Below the pieces are notes generated by a model that made no database searches, was not told where the DNA came from, and saw only the letters and a list, made by a program, of their open reading frames with translations. Position numbers and translations under genes: made by a program. Source: Octopus sinensis (taxonomy: Eukaryota). From it: 64,000 nt of DNA. Positions 11,006 through 24,140 of this stretch are shown here, piece after piece; positions within the stretch are counted from its first letter, which is position 1, and every line of letters starts with the position of its first letter. The stretch is from assembly GCF_006345805.1 (NCBI RefSeq), contig NC_043003.1, positions 23,312,001 through 23,376,000 on the forward strand, written 5' to 3'.

Positions 11006-11364
11006 TTTTTATTGTAAAATTATATTACAAGTACTGAGAATAAGAAACGATAGTGAAATCTATCTTTTAAACGCGTTAATAATCTTTTTTTCTTTAGAAA
11101 CAAGTCTTGAAATTTAGTCGAAAGGGATTAGACTACTACATTGACCCCAGTGTACTACTTATACTGTTGACCCCTAAACGGGTGAATAGCAAAGTCGATC
11201 TCGGCAAAACGTGAAAATCGCCACGTAAATTTGGCAGATATGTCATTAAGCATTCTGCTAGCTAGACGCCCTCCTTCAATGAATTAATAACGCAGTTCTA
11301 TATTTAAGTGACATGAACAATAACAATAATAATAATATTATTACTATTAATATTTATATTATTA

Positions 11365-11582
11365 TCAAGCAGTGACCTGAACAGTAACAGCAACAACAAC
11401 AACAACAATGATAATATTAATAACAACGAAAAATATCTTAGGAATGAGAACCCAAGTTCTAAATTTCCCCAAGACACCTGGAGAAGGGTGGAGGGTATAT
11501 CAGCCGAAACGTTGTGTTAACAACTAACAAGATGAGGACAAATATCCGTCGAATGTGAATAATGTAAATAATGTAAATAATA
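11365..11582 (+). mobile_element. 5'-truncated copy of the HHR-bearing tRNA-SINE (full copy at 61240)
   Basis: GCAGTGACCTGAA-(AAC/AAT)n-ATCTTAGGAATGAGAACC...ACACCTGGAGAAGGGTGGAGGGTATATCAGCCGAAACGTTGTGT...(AATGTAAAT)n tail. Confidence 0.75.
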
Positions 11583-12640
11583 GACTTAATAACGGTTTTA
11601 ATTTTTTTAACAAAGGACATCAATTCCAGGAGAGAGGGAAGTTGAACCCACTGGTAATCTGGTGCTCATTTCATCGACCTCGAAATTACGAAAGGCAAAG
11701 TCGGCCTTGGCAGAATTTGAACTGAGAACATAAACAGGGACGAATGCTACTATGGCGTGCTAACGGTTCTGTTAGCTCGTCGCCTTTTTAATGGCTTAAT
11801 AATACAACAAAAAATATTAGGCAATATATATAAAAATGGTTTTATGGTCTCGCTGTGAAGCTTGTATTAATAGGTCTCTATATTATTATCAACTACCAGA
11901 AATTACTGCAATCAGTTTGATAGAGTTATATAACATCCTGTAATAGTCATAAGGGGCATTAGTCATAAGGGGCATCAGACACATAAAGATTATATAGAAA
12001 TTTAACTAATGCAATGCGTCCTTATCTTATATTATTAGTATTGCGTGCAGAAAATATTTAATTCGCGAGAGTAATGTTTTTATAAATTGATTCGAAGTTC
12101 CGAATATGCTAAACGGATAGCATGATCTATCAAATCTATCAAATTATATTCATGGCAACTATTTTGTTAGTCCTAAAAATGGAAAAAAAAAATTAAGAGA
12201 AAGTAAATTTTAAATCTGGCGGAATTGGAATCGGTTTTATGTAAATTGACTGAAATAATTATTGAGTTATTGTCTCGCATTATATTACATCTATCTCGTA
12301 AGATTTAGATTGTTTTAGAATATTTATAGCGTGTCGATGGTTTAGCAAGTTTCACATTCATAACTCCTTTACGTAAAAACTTTGGTTGTCCAAAGAATTT
12401 TGATAAGTTCGTCATAAAAGTCTTATACTCATTTTCAAAAGTTTTAGCATTTGTTTCATACGTTCTGCGCAATATAAAGCTTTACATTCGCAAACCCGAA
12501 GTTAATGTTATCGATGAAAACAATAGGGAATATGTATCATATATTTTACGTGTACGCCAGGGAAAGATTCACTGTGTATCAAAAGGGATATGATGTACAG
12601 GCGAAGGTTTAAAGTGAATTAATTGCATTACCTCAATGTA

Positions 12641-13206
12641 TTGGGTTGTCCGGAAAGTTCGTACCGATTTATTGTAGCTTATATTTCGACTTATTTTAGA
12701 ACATGGTTGAGTCCATAAAATACGATTTGACTAAACCTCCATTTAGAACACAGATTAAGGTTTCTTTTAGTGGAAGAAGGTTTATCTTCCTATAACCTGT
12801 GTTAATTCTGTTACCCTTTAAAATGGAAGATAAGAAAGTTCATTTTCGGCACTTGAAGCTTTGAGAACCAGGCAAAAATTGCTGCAGCTCGGCTGGGATG
12901 TGTTACCCCACCCACCATATTCACCAGATATTGCTCCTTCGGATTTCCACTTATTCAGGTCTCTGCAGAATAGCCTTAATGGTAAAAATTTCAATTCCTT
13001 GGATGACGTACAAAAACACCTTGATAAATTCTTTGCCATGAAACCACCTCAATTCTGGGAAGAGGGTATTTTCAAGTTAATGGAAAGATGGAAACGCATT
13101 GTGCAACAAAATGGTCCATATTTGGTTGATTCAAAATGTAATGGCAAGTGTTTATTGACCTTTTTCTTTCCTTTAAATATCGGCGTGAACTTTCCGGACA
13201 ACCCAA
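12641..13206 (+). mobile_element. Internally deleted mariner element, copy 2
   Basis: Same TIRs and TA flanks as copy 1; ORF 12861-13220 contains HPPYSPDIAPSDFHLFRSL. Confidence 0.92.
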
Positions 13207-13733
13207 TACAATACATGTAACTTTTTGTGTTTCTCTTTTCATTTCTCTTCTTTGTGTTTCTTTTCCTATCACAGGTTTCCACAAACCAATGAAGTCAACG
13301 TGGAATGAAATACATGGAACATAATGGTTCTGAAAAACATATTTTTTGTTGTTAAAACTTCAAAAGAAACGGTAAAAGCGGTTTATTAACATAAAATTGG
13401 CACTTGAAATTCCATTTTCGCCATCTGAATACTTTTCATTTTCAGAAACGTTTGAATACATTCTACTGTACTAACGAAATAATAAGCAAGTTATCAAGTA
13501 TGCTACCTTTTATACTATGGTATAGCCTCAGAATAACATTCCTCATAATGATACTTAAATCGGATGTGCTGGGACTCAGTGCAGGAGGTCCAGACCAAAC
13601 ATAACCCGTTGATTTCCTTGGTGAAAACATCAAAATTGAAGGAATCTTTTAAAAGAAGGAGTAAATTTATATATACACGCATACATACATACATAGATAT
13701 ATTTATATATATATATATATATATAATATATAT

Positions 13734-13820
<87 letters not shown>

Positions 13821-14099
13821 CATACATACAATCATATATATATATATATACATATGTATGTATCTATGTATTTATGTATGTCTCTGAAGGCTGCATTGAA
13901 TTCGATGTAATTTTGTTTTTTAAAAAGGCTTCGTTAAAGAAAAATATTTTACGTATGAAAATATATATAAGAATATTTGAAGACTATTATTGTTAATATT
14001 ATTGCAGTTAAAATGAAATTATATATATATATTTATCATATTGAATAAAATATGTAAAATAACATTTTAATGATTTTATAATGAATTTTATACAGTATA

Positions 14100-14316
14100 T
14101 GTTATCTTGTATTTTTAAATTGTTTCAGTCGCCATCATAGAAAAAGTTAGTCGAACGAATTGACCCTTGTAAATAATCTTCTGTTGTTAAGTTTGGTATT
14201 TATTCTATCTGCCTCGTTTTTCAAACCACTATGTTACAGGATTGTAAAAACACCACCGCCGGTTTCCAGGCATCGGTGGGGATAAACAAAGTAACATACA
14301 GCCACACATAAACATG

Positions 14317-14402
<86 letters not shown>

Positions 14403-14640
14403 CCGCACGCACACAAACACAAACACACAAACACACCACACTCACACACACACACATATATATATTTGTATGTATATATGACGAGCTTCTTTCAGTTTCC
14501 CTCTCTCTCAAATCCACTCACAAGACTTTGGTCGGCTCAGGATTTAGCAGAAGACATTTGCAAATGTGCCACGAAGCGGTACTGAATGCGGAACCATTTG
14601 ATTGGGAAGCAAAGTTCTTACCAAACTGTCACACCTGTAA
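14100..14640 (-). mobile_element. SINE family B, diverged
   Basis: Reverse-complement body with central (CA)n/(TA)n. Confidence 0.7.
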
Positions 14641-14646
14641 TAGATT

Positions 14647-14703
<57 letters not shown>

Positions 14704-14729
14704 TTAAACTGACAGACAGTTACACTGAC

Positions 14730-14807
<78 letters not shown>

Positions 14808-14816
14808 GTAAGTAGG

Positions 14817-14870
<54 letters not shown>

Positions 14871-14900
14871 TATAGATAGATAGATAGATAGATAGATGAT
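14640..14900. repeat. (GATA)n microsatellite
   Basis: Direct reading. Confidence 0.95.
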
Positions 14901-15155
14901 AGAAATATTTCCTCAAGGAAATTATAGATTCTTAGGAAGTGAAAAACATTTCCCCTAGCGGAGAAAGCTATCAGAGGTCACCTATTTCCTACCCTATTCT
15001 AGTCTATCGGCTACGTTATTGTACCGAATTTCTATAAAACTAAGTAATGCATTGATTAATTACATAGAAATTCTGTAATGACTCAGTGGGAATTTTTAAT
15101 GTAATTTTCGCCCACTTTGTTGTGTTTTCTGTTATATAACGTGTACAGCAGTAAA

Positions 15156-15254
<99 letters not shown>

Positions 15255-15469
15255 TCGCGCGCGTGTGTCAATCAGTGTGTCTGTGTGTATATGTGTTTGT
15301 TACTATGTTTGTCGCTCACTACTGCTTGACAACCGGTGTTAGTGTGTTTACATGTCCGTAACTTAGCAGTTCGATAAAATAAGCATCAGGCTTTTAAAAT
15401 AAGCTACTTGGGTCAGTTCATTCGACAAAAATTTCCCCAAGGGAGTGCTCTAGCCACGAAATTTTCGGA

Positions 15470-15958
15470 TTGGGGGCCAATCGATTAGATCGACCTCAGT
15501 ACGCAACTGGTACTTAGTTTATTGACCCCAATAGGATGAAAGGCAAAGTCGACCTCAACGGAATTTAAACTCAAAAATTAAAGACAGGTGAAATACCGCT
15601 AAGCATTTCACCCGGTGCACTAACGTTTCTTATTTCTTTACTGCCCACAAGAGGCCACACAGAGTAGACAAACAAGGACAGACAAACAGATTACATCGAT
15701 TATATCGACCCCAGTGCGTAACTGGTACTTATTTAACCGACCTCAAAAGGATGAAAGGCAAAGTCGATATTGGCGGAATTTGAACACAGAACGTAGCGGT
15801 AGACGAAATACCCATTTCTTTACTACCCAAAAGGGGTTACACACAGAGGGGACAAACAAGGTCAGACAAACGGATTAAGTCGGTTATATCGACCACATAA
15901 CTCAGAACGTAACGGCATTTCGCCCGGCGTGCTAACGTTTCTGACAGCTCGCCGGCTT
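15470..15958 (-). mobile_element. SINE family A multimer
   Basis: Three reverse-complement cores with the same tail1/tail2 order as 1-572. Confidence 0.75.
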
Positions 15959-16486
15959 GATTATTATTACTAATATTATCGGATTAATGCTACAATATTT
16001 AAAATGCTAGAAGAACAATTATGAATGAGAAAAATATTCTCGTATTTATATTCCCATCTAATTACCTCTAAGCTAATTAGAAAATCTTTATACGCGATAA
16101 AATCAGTAACTGTTCCGAGAAGTAATGTCTATCGTCACTTAAACGTGAATGATCTGTAGGAACTGACGTTACTGCTGTTTTTATCCCCAGGAGGCCGCCT
16201 GTAATCGATGTAATCTCCCCAAGCAGGGGAGTGAACACCTTCCATCTTCTAGCCACGAAACAAACTGCATCGTACGGTTTCGACCTCTTCGTGGTCATCA
16301 TCGGTGGTGGATACTCACCCGCTAGAGATAGCAATAATTCACTCCAGCTCGCAATATACATACAATCAAGCAACACAGTCACTGATCTTGCAACAAGCAA
16401 ATTAACTTGATAAAAATTTTCTGTAAGAGATCAGAGCACTAACTATACTAAGAAGTAAAGTTAATTGCCACTTAAAATGGCTGTTC

Positions 16487-17379
16487 CGTAGGAAACGACG
16501 TTACTGCTATTTTTGACGAGTGGAGATTGCACCGAATATCCGCCTGTGATTAAAAATAGGGATCTTTTCCTTTTGAACGGCACTTTGTAACATAATTTCT
16601 AGGTAACAAAAAGGTTTTAAACTTCGTATACTGGTAGAATGTGTTTATAAAACATCATTTTCTCCTGGTTTTATTGAGAAAATTCTATAGTTTGTAAGAT
16701 ATTTCGTCTGAAATTTCGAGCATTCGGCAATTTTAACCAATCAATTACCTCCATAGATCTAAAATCATTCGCTGCGTCTAAAACTGAGACAAAATCCTGT
16801 CACTAACCCTAAACCTAACCCTAATTTTATTTTTCTTAATTGTTAAATTAATTTAATTGTTACACGTGTAAAAAAAACGAAAGCAATGGAAAATAATTTA
16901 AACAATTAACAAACAAAATAATTCTAAAATTTTATACACACGCTTTCCGTACGTATACGGAAAGCGTGTGTTACGAAAGCGTATGTATAAAATTATAGAA
17001 TTATTTTGTTTGTTAATTGTTTAAATTATTTTTCATTGCTTTCATTTTTTTTACACGCGTAACAATTAAATTAATTTAAAAATTAAGAACAAAAATTAGG
17101 GTTAGGGTTAGGTTTAGGGTTGGTGACAGGATGTTGTCTCAGTTTTAGACGCAGCAAATGATTTTAGCTCAATTAGAGGCGATTCATTGGTTAAAATTCG
17201 AAAAATTAAACTACGTTAAACAAACGAATTACAATTTTATCAAGAAAGCCAAGAGAAAAAAATGTTTTATTTTGACACATTCTACCAGTATGCGAAGTTT
17301 TAAAGTGTTTAGTTAACTAGAAATTGTGTGCCGTTCAAAAGGAAAAGATCCAAAAAGAGCAGTAACCTCGATTCCTGTG
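16487..17379. mobile_element. About 890-bp fold-back/MITE with telomere-like repeats in both arms
   Basis: GGATCTTTTCCTTTTGAACGGCA (16560) / TGCCGTTCAAAAGGAAAAGATCC (ending 17351); TAACCCTAAACCTAACCCTAA at 16804-16824 mirrored by TTAGGG repeats at 17096-17120; central hairpin about 16934-16972; outer termini AGGAA.CGA.GTTACTGCT. Confidence 0.8.
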
Positions 17380-17749
17380 CATACATACACATATATACAC
17401 ACATGCACACTCATAAGTGCTCGCTTTCATTTTTTTATTTTGTTGTTGCTGGGTTGATAGATGTGTAGGTGCCATTGAAAATCAAATTCATTGTATAAAT
17501 AACGTCGCCTCCTAGACATACTTAAAATGCTACGACCTCAGGATACAAACATTCTGGGAATGTCCGCAGCCATTCTGGGGGTTTATGTACGTCGGTCACG
17601 TTTAGTGTTAGCTAAGCTGGTTTCATCGAACCCTAAAAAATGAAGGCAGGGTCAACCTCGGTGGAATTTGAACTCAAAACGTATGGGTACATGAAATCTC
17701 ACTATGCGCTTTGCCCGGCCTCCTAACGTTTCTGCCACCTCACCGACTT

Positions 17750-18049
17750 TAGTTAATAATAATAATAATAATAATATAATAATAATAATAATAATAATAT
17801 ATAATAATAATAATAATATAATAATAATAATAATATAATAATAATAATTTTTGCCACAAGGGCAGCGAGGGGGTGGAGATTAAGTCCATTACAGCAGCCC
17901 CAGTTCGTAATTGGTACTTATTTAATTGACCCACAAAGGATGAAAGGCAAAGTCGACCTCGGCGGAATTTGAACTCAGAATATAGCGATTGGCGAAATAC
18001 CACTAAGCATTTTATTCCGGCACGCTAACGATTCTGCCAGCCAACCACC

Positions 18050-18090
<41 letters not shown>

Positions 18091-18683
18091 TCCTACGCAA
18101 AATACTTTCTATGTAATCTCAAGGTTTAAAACAAACCTTTTTTTTTAATAAACATCCACCAGTACAACACAAAAAACAACCAAATATATGGCACACTAGG
18201 CATAACAACAACGTGAAATTCCAACCTGTTGTCTCCTGAGGTCTCTGGGTGAGACTTGGAGCCAACTTGTACAAATATAAAGCAAAAGTCAAACATATAA
18301 TAATAATAAACAACCCTTATTCAGGGACGTTTTGAGCAGGATGGGTTACTCGACCAGAAGAAAATTCCAACTGGGCCCCACTTGCAAGGTCATGTGCTGT
18401 TTATCTTGATATGAGATCACCATGTAGCCATGTAGCGCTCATATGGTTGTGATGCATGTGCCTATGGATCCTTATCAGACGGGTGTTCATGATGGGTATA
18501 CTGGGTTTCGTATATTTTACCCCAGTGTCACTTTGGTGGCATGCACTGCTCTCTCACTCAAGGATAATAATAATAATAATAATGATAATAATAATAATAT
18601 AATAATAATAATAATAATGATAATAATAATAATAATGATAATAATAATAATATAATAATAATAATAATGATAATAATAATAAT

Positions 18684-18718
<35 letters not shown>

Positions 18719-18769
18719 TATAATAATAATAATAATAATATAATAATAATAATAATGATAATAATAATA

Positions 18770-18812
<43 letters not shown>

Positions 18813-19012
18813 TTTTGCCACAAGGGCAGCGAGGGGGTGGAGATTAAGTCCATTACAGCAGCCCCAGTTCGTAATTGGTACTTATTTAATTGACCACAAA
18901 GGATGAAAGGCAAAGTCGACCTCGGCGGAATTTGAACTCAGAATATAGCGATTGGCGAAATACCACTAAGCATTTTATTCCGGCACGCTAACGATTCTGC
19001 CAGCCAACCACC

Positions 19013-19053
<41 letters not shown>

Positions 19054-19700
19054 TCCTACGCAAAATACTTTCTATGTAATCTCAAGGTTTAAAACAAACC
19101 TTTTTTTTTAATAAACATCCACCAGTACAACACAAAAAACAACCAAATATATGGCACACTAGGCATAACAACAACGTGAAATTCCAACCTGTTGTCTCCT
19201 GAGGTCTCTGGGTGAGACTTGGAGCCAACTTGTACAAATATAAAGCAAAAGTCAAACATATAATAATAATAAACAACCCTTATTCAGGGACGTTTTGAGC
19301 AGGATGGGTTACTCGACCAGAAGAAAATTCCAACTGGGCCCCACTTGCAAGGTCATGTGCTGTTTATCTTGATATGAGATCACCATGTAGCCATGTAGCG
19401 CTCATATGGTTGTGATGCATGTGCCTATGGATCCTTATCAGACGGGTGTTCATGATGGGTATACTGGGTTTCGTATATTTTACCCCAGTGTCACTTTGGT
19501 GGCATGCACTGCTCTCTCACTCAAGGATAATAATAATAATAATAATGATAATAATAATAATAATAATAATGGTTGTGATGCATGTGCCTGGTGTACCTTT
19601 ATCAGACGGGTAGTCATGATGGGTATATTGGCTTCGTATATTTTACCCCAGTGTCACTTTGATGGCATGAACTGCTCTCTCACTCAATAATAATAATATA
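17750..19700. repeat. Direct tandem duplication, period 963 bp, bounded by (AAT)n tracts
   Basis: Identical ORF translations at 18119 and 19082 and at 18443 and 19406; the unit contains SINE A (-), a unique segment and repeat family D (-). Confidence 0.92.
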
Positions 19701-20149
19701 ATAATAATAATGATAATAATAATAATAAATAATAATAATAATAATAAATAATAATAATAATAATAATAATCAGAAGAAGAAGAAGAAGAAGAAGAAGAAG
19801 AAGAAGAAGAAGAAGAAGAAACTCTTTACCTGCAACTGTCACATCTTGAATATTCCACTAGGGCAAATGGTGAGTCCAGTACCTATCTGTGCGTACAGGC
19901 AATTTCATAGACACGCAAAACAGCTAACGAAACACGATAGATCTTACGAAGCCATAATTATTCGCGAGTGATGGCCGAGTGTTTGATCAATATTGTAATT
20001 TCAGCTATAATTTTCTATATCTGTTTTCAATTATTATTTATTCTAAAGCACTTTTTAACCCTTTTTTACACCATTTTTATTATCATAGATATTATTATTA
20101 TTATTATTATATTATTATTATTATTATTATTATTATTGTTGTTGTTGTT

Positions 20150-21074
20150 GTTGTTGTTTTACTTCTCAGACCGCTCGATCTTCTTTGCTCTGGTAGATTC
20201 TGTGAGAGAGGACAGCAGCCTGCTACCAGTGGTCCCACAAGGTCTCTTCCCGCCCATTATAAGCTTTAATATTTGGTTGTTGATTCTCGTGGGAGACATT
20301 CAACATCCAAGTACCAATCTCAAATCCGAACTGTCCGCAGTAGTGTTTTGGGGCTGGCTCTGCTCTCATGTCAATTCCGATTTCTTTGACATATTTCTCC
20401 AACTTGGTTGTTAGTGCTCCGAATATCCCTACAACTACTGGAGTGATAGATACTCTCCTCATAGTCCACAATCTTGCAATTTCCTCTTTAGTTGTCTATA
20501 CTTTTCAATTTTAGCCATTTATACCTTTATACCTAGGTATTGTAATATCTATAATCTTGGTTTCTTTTTTTCCTCCATCTACTACAACAATATCTGGTCT
20601 CCAAGCTTCGTTTAGGGAATCACATCGGATTGTAAAATCTCATAGTATCTTATATTCCTTGTTCTAATTTGATGCCTTCTGGTTCATGTTCGCACCATTT
20701 TCGTGCTCTGCTTAGACCTTACTTTTCACAGAGTTACCAGTGGACGAATTTAGCCATCGCTATCGTACCTCCTTTGGTAGTGCTTTTGAGCCAGCGTACT
20801 AAACTCACTCACAATATGTGAGATTGTTTTCTTTCTGCTATCACACATCCTGCAAAAGGGCGATTCGATAATCTTATCTATTTGGCACTTACTGTTCTTA
20901 GAGCTTGTTCCTGAGCGCTGCATACCAATGCCACAATGTATCCTTTCAAGTCACTTTTTCTTAGCCACCTCCAGCTGTTGAGCTTGTCTTCTCCTTAGAT
21001 TTCCCAGAGGTATTTCCCATGCAGTGGCTTTGTTTTCCAATTGTTTACTCTTTCATCTTCATCTTGTTTCTTAA

Positions 21075-21075
<1 letters not shown>
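20150..21075 (-). mobile_element. 5'-truncated R4/Dong-type RLE non-LTR retrotransposon fragment in (TAA)n
   Basis: Decayed NWKTKPLHG...WRWLRKSDL...AQEQAL...CRMC...HIVSE...RPDIVVVD...KIIDITIP (zinc knuckle plus PD-(D/E)xK) and ORF 20223-20471 PVVVGIFGAL; (TAA)n at both ends. Confidence 0.82.
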
Positions 21076-21133
<58 letters not shown>

Positions 21134-21134
21134 G

Positions 21135-21167
<33 letters not shown>

Positions 21168-21186
21168 TTAAATTTTTAGTTATTAT

Positions 21187-21730
21187 TGAATGAGAGAGCA
21201 GTGCATGTCATCAAAGTGACACTGGGGTAAAATATACGAAGCCCAGTATACTCATCATGACTACTCATCTTATAAGGGTACACTAGGCACATATATCACA
21301 ACCATATGTGATCTCATCAAGATAAACAGCACATGACCTTGCAGGTGGGGCACAGTTAGAATTTTCTTCTGGTCGAGTACCCCATCCCGCTCAAAAAGTC
21401 CCTGAATAAGGGTTGTTTAAGGATATTAAACGAAACACCCATGTTTCCAAAGGTGAATTATTCCGACTCCAAAGAATTCCTCTCAACACATAGCTCTGAT
21501 ACTGCCCCACTATTTCTGCTCGTCATCAGAGATGTACATATCATCAGCCACTAAGGGAGACGCTCAACTGGTTATGGTCAAACAACTGACAAGGAAATCT
21601 GTGGTGTTAAGCAGAATATTTGCTGTGGCCCATCTATTATACCAATACAAAATAATATATATGATAACACTTCCAATCTCTTAAGATGAGAAGCCATGAG
21701 AGCCACTGTCTGGTACTGCATCAGGGCATT
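21187..21730 (+). repeat. Interspersed repeat family D, always flanked by (AAT)n; other copies at 18308-18561 (-), 19271-19524 (-), 19570-19687 (-), 59517-59990 (+)
   Basis: Shared GAGAGAGCAGTGCATG.CATCAAAGTGACACTGGGGTAAAATATAC... sequence. Confidence 0.8.
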
Positions 21731-21753
21731 TATTATTAAAAAAAATTAAAGAA

Positions 21754-21795
<42 letters not shown>

Positions 21796-22354
21796 GTCAT
21801 TATTATTATTATTATTGTTTCTTTTTGTCTCAGAGTTTGTTGGAACTCCAGAAGTCTTGCATGCGTTTCTTATTAATATTGCTGTTGTTGTTGTTGTTAG
21901 CTGTTCTTGTTGCTGCTGCTGCTGCAGTTGTTGTCATCATCATTCAGTCTCCAGTGCGGAATGAAGAAATCCTATTGTATCCAAGGTATTAATTTTGTTG
22001 GCTGAGGTCAAATATCTTACGCACATCTACGTCTTCGATATTTGGCTGGCGGCATCAAAAGTGATGTTAATTTATGGCACTGATTATGTGTGGTTAGGGG
22101 CGTATGCGAAACAAAGGATTTTAGATAATATGAAAATGTTCACTCCAAAGAAAATAAATCTAAGAATTCAGACGTCCAAAATATTGTCTTAAGATTGTAC
22201 CTCAGAATCGCTAATTTTAATATGTTGATGGACAACCAGCCAGCGTGTTATGTATGCGGTTCCAGAATCTGTTACAGGAAGCCGCCATAGTTCTACATAG
22301 ATATATTTCTACACATACTAACACACATATATATGTATATATATATGTGTATAT

Positions 22355-22494
22355 ACTAGCATTATGACACGGCGTTACCGGGTCAAAGTGCTAGTTTGGT
22401 ATAAATTTGTTAAATTAAAAATTTGGGGTAATAATACATACATATGTGTACATACTAGCATTATGACACGGCGTTGCCGGGTCATAGAGCTAGT
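22355..22494. repeat. Two 41-bp CTAG-terminated hairpins in a short tandem duplication (third copy at 25451-25491); Helitron-terminus-like
   Basis: ACTAGCATTATGAC.CGG-(5 nt)-CCGGGTCA.A.TGCTAGT. Confidence 0.55.
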
Positions 22495-23462
22495 TTGGTA
22501 TAAATTTGTTAAATTAAAAATTTGGGGTAATAAAACATACAACGACATATTAAAACGACGAATTAAAATTCCAGAGAAAAATACATAGAAGATAAATATA
22601 CAAATTTACAAAAATACATAAAAGTTCAAAAAAGTTTTGGAGATGCGACAATTAATATGAAACATATCATATATTTAAAATTGACACTCCCCTCCTCAGG
22701 ATGTTTTTTTACACACAACACATAGTACACGGAAACAAATGCACAATTACATACCTGCTACGTGCGAAAGACCAGGCATTACGTACTCCCAAAAATTCTC
22801 ATAGATACTGAATGCTACTTTATAAGCATATAATTCAATCTAGCAGCTATAGTAAATGGTATGCGCACAGCTCCATGTGGACTAATTCACTTCTGCACTC
22901 AAATATTTCATCTTTTAATTTCTCCCATTCATGCAAAGCACACATATTCGTGTTCAAGTCCTTGATACATGTTATACTAATTGCTATTTCTTTCTTTTAA
23001 TTGTTATATTACGATGTAATTACCATACTTTAGTTTTATTTGAATTAATACTTACTATATTTACTATATTTAGTTCAATTGTTATTATTACCTCTAACTT
23101 TTATTGCAATTTTTATTTCTAAATTTTTTATGAAACGTCGAGTGGATCTTATGCGTACAATATATTTTTATATGATGTTTATATATTTATATATTACTAT
23201 ATATTTCTAAACGTCGGGCTTTATGTCTGTTCTGTAGATATAAATGAATATATGAATATATGTATGTGTTTGATCTTTCTGTGGATTTTGTAGTGCTCTT
23301 GTAGTTGCTGCTCGCATTGCCCCCCTCGGATTAAGAAGTGTATACAGCTCATTTGAGCACTACTATTCCAGTCTGTTATATATTTTCAGCGTTGTTGTCA
23401 CTAACGATCTCAAGATAGAACTTTATATTTTGTAATATATATATATAGAACTTTATATTTTG

Positions 23463-23496
<34 letters not shown>

Positions 23497-23499
23497 AAA

Positions 23500-23799
23500 G
23501 ACATACAATAGAGAGATGTTTTTGTTTCACTTTTAACACGTATTACTGAAATAGTGGAGAAGATATGATATTGCTGTAGGCTCGCTCTAGGCAAGAAGTT
23601 AAACATTTTTTTTGCCCATGACACTACATGGACCCTAAGTAAGGCATGTGTAAAATTTGAATGAAATTGGTTGTGTAGTTCTCAAGTTTTAGGGAAACAC
23701 ACAGACGACAGACAGATAGACAGACAGAGAATCAGACACACATTCTCAGTTTTATATATATATATATATATATACATATATATACATACATTTATATAC

Positions 23800-23830
<31 letters not shown>

Positions 23831-23841
23831 CATATATATAC

Positions 23842-23909
<68 letters not shown>

Positions 23910-24140
23910 GATATATAACTGAGAATGCGTGTCTGTCTGTCTGTGTGTTTCCCTAAAACTTGAGAATTACACAACCAATTTCCTTCAAATTTTACACATG
24001 CCTTACTTAGGGTCCATCTAGTTTCATGGGCAAAAAACTGTTCAACTCCTTGCCTAGAGTGAGCCCATAGCAATATCATATCTTCTCCACTATTTCAGTA
24101 TTACGTGTTAAAAGTGAAACAAAAACATTTCTCTATTTTC
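23500..24140. repeat. Inverted pair of a (CAGA)n-containing repeat around a (TA)n tract; Helentron/HINE-like
   Basis: 23500-23760 is the reverse complement of 23905-24140. Confidence 0.7.

Noticed and set aside
16077-16400. 107-aa ORF on the minus strand
   Set aside because: No recognisable motif, it overlaps a duplicated transposon terminus, and it uses an alternative start codon.
16804-17120. Telomere or chromosome-end fusion
   Set aside because: Only 3-4 imperfect units are present, embedded symmetrically in the arms of a fold-back element.
21495-21560. Two CTGATGA boxes on the minus strand of repeat family D
   Set aside because: There is no paired stem II or stem I, and the boxes are not both conserved in the copy at about 59850-59890.
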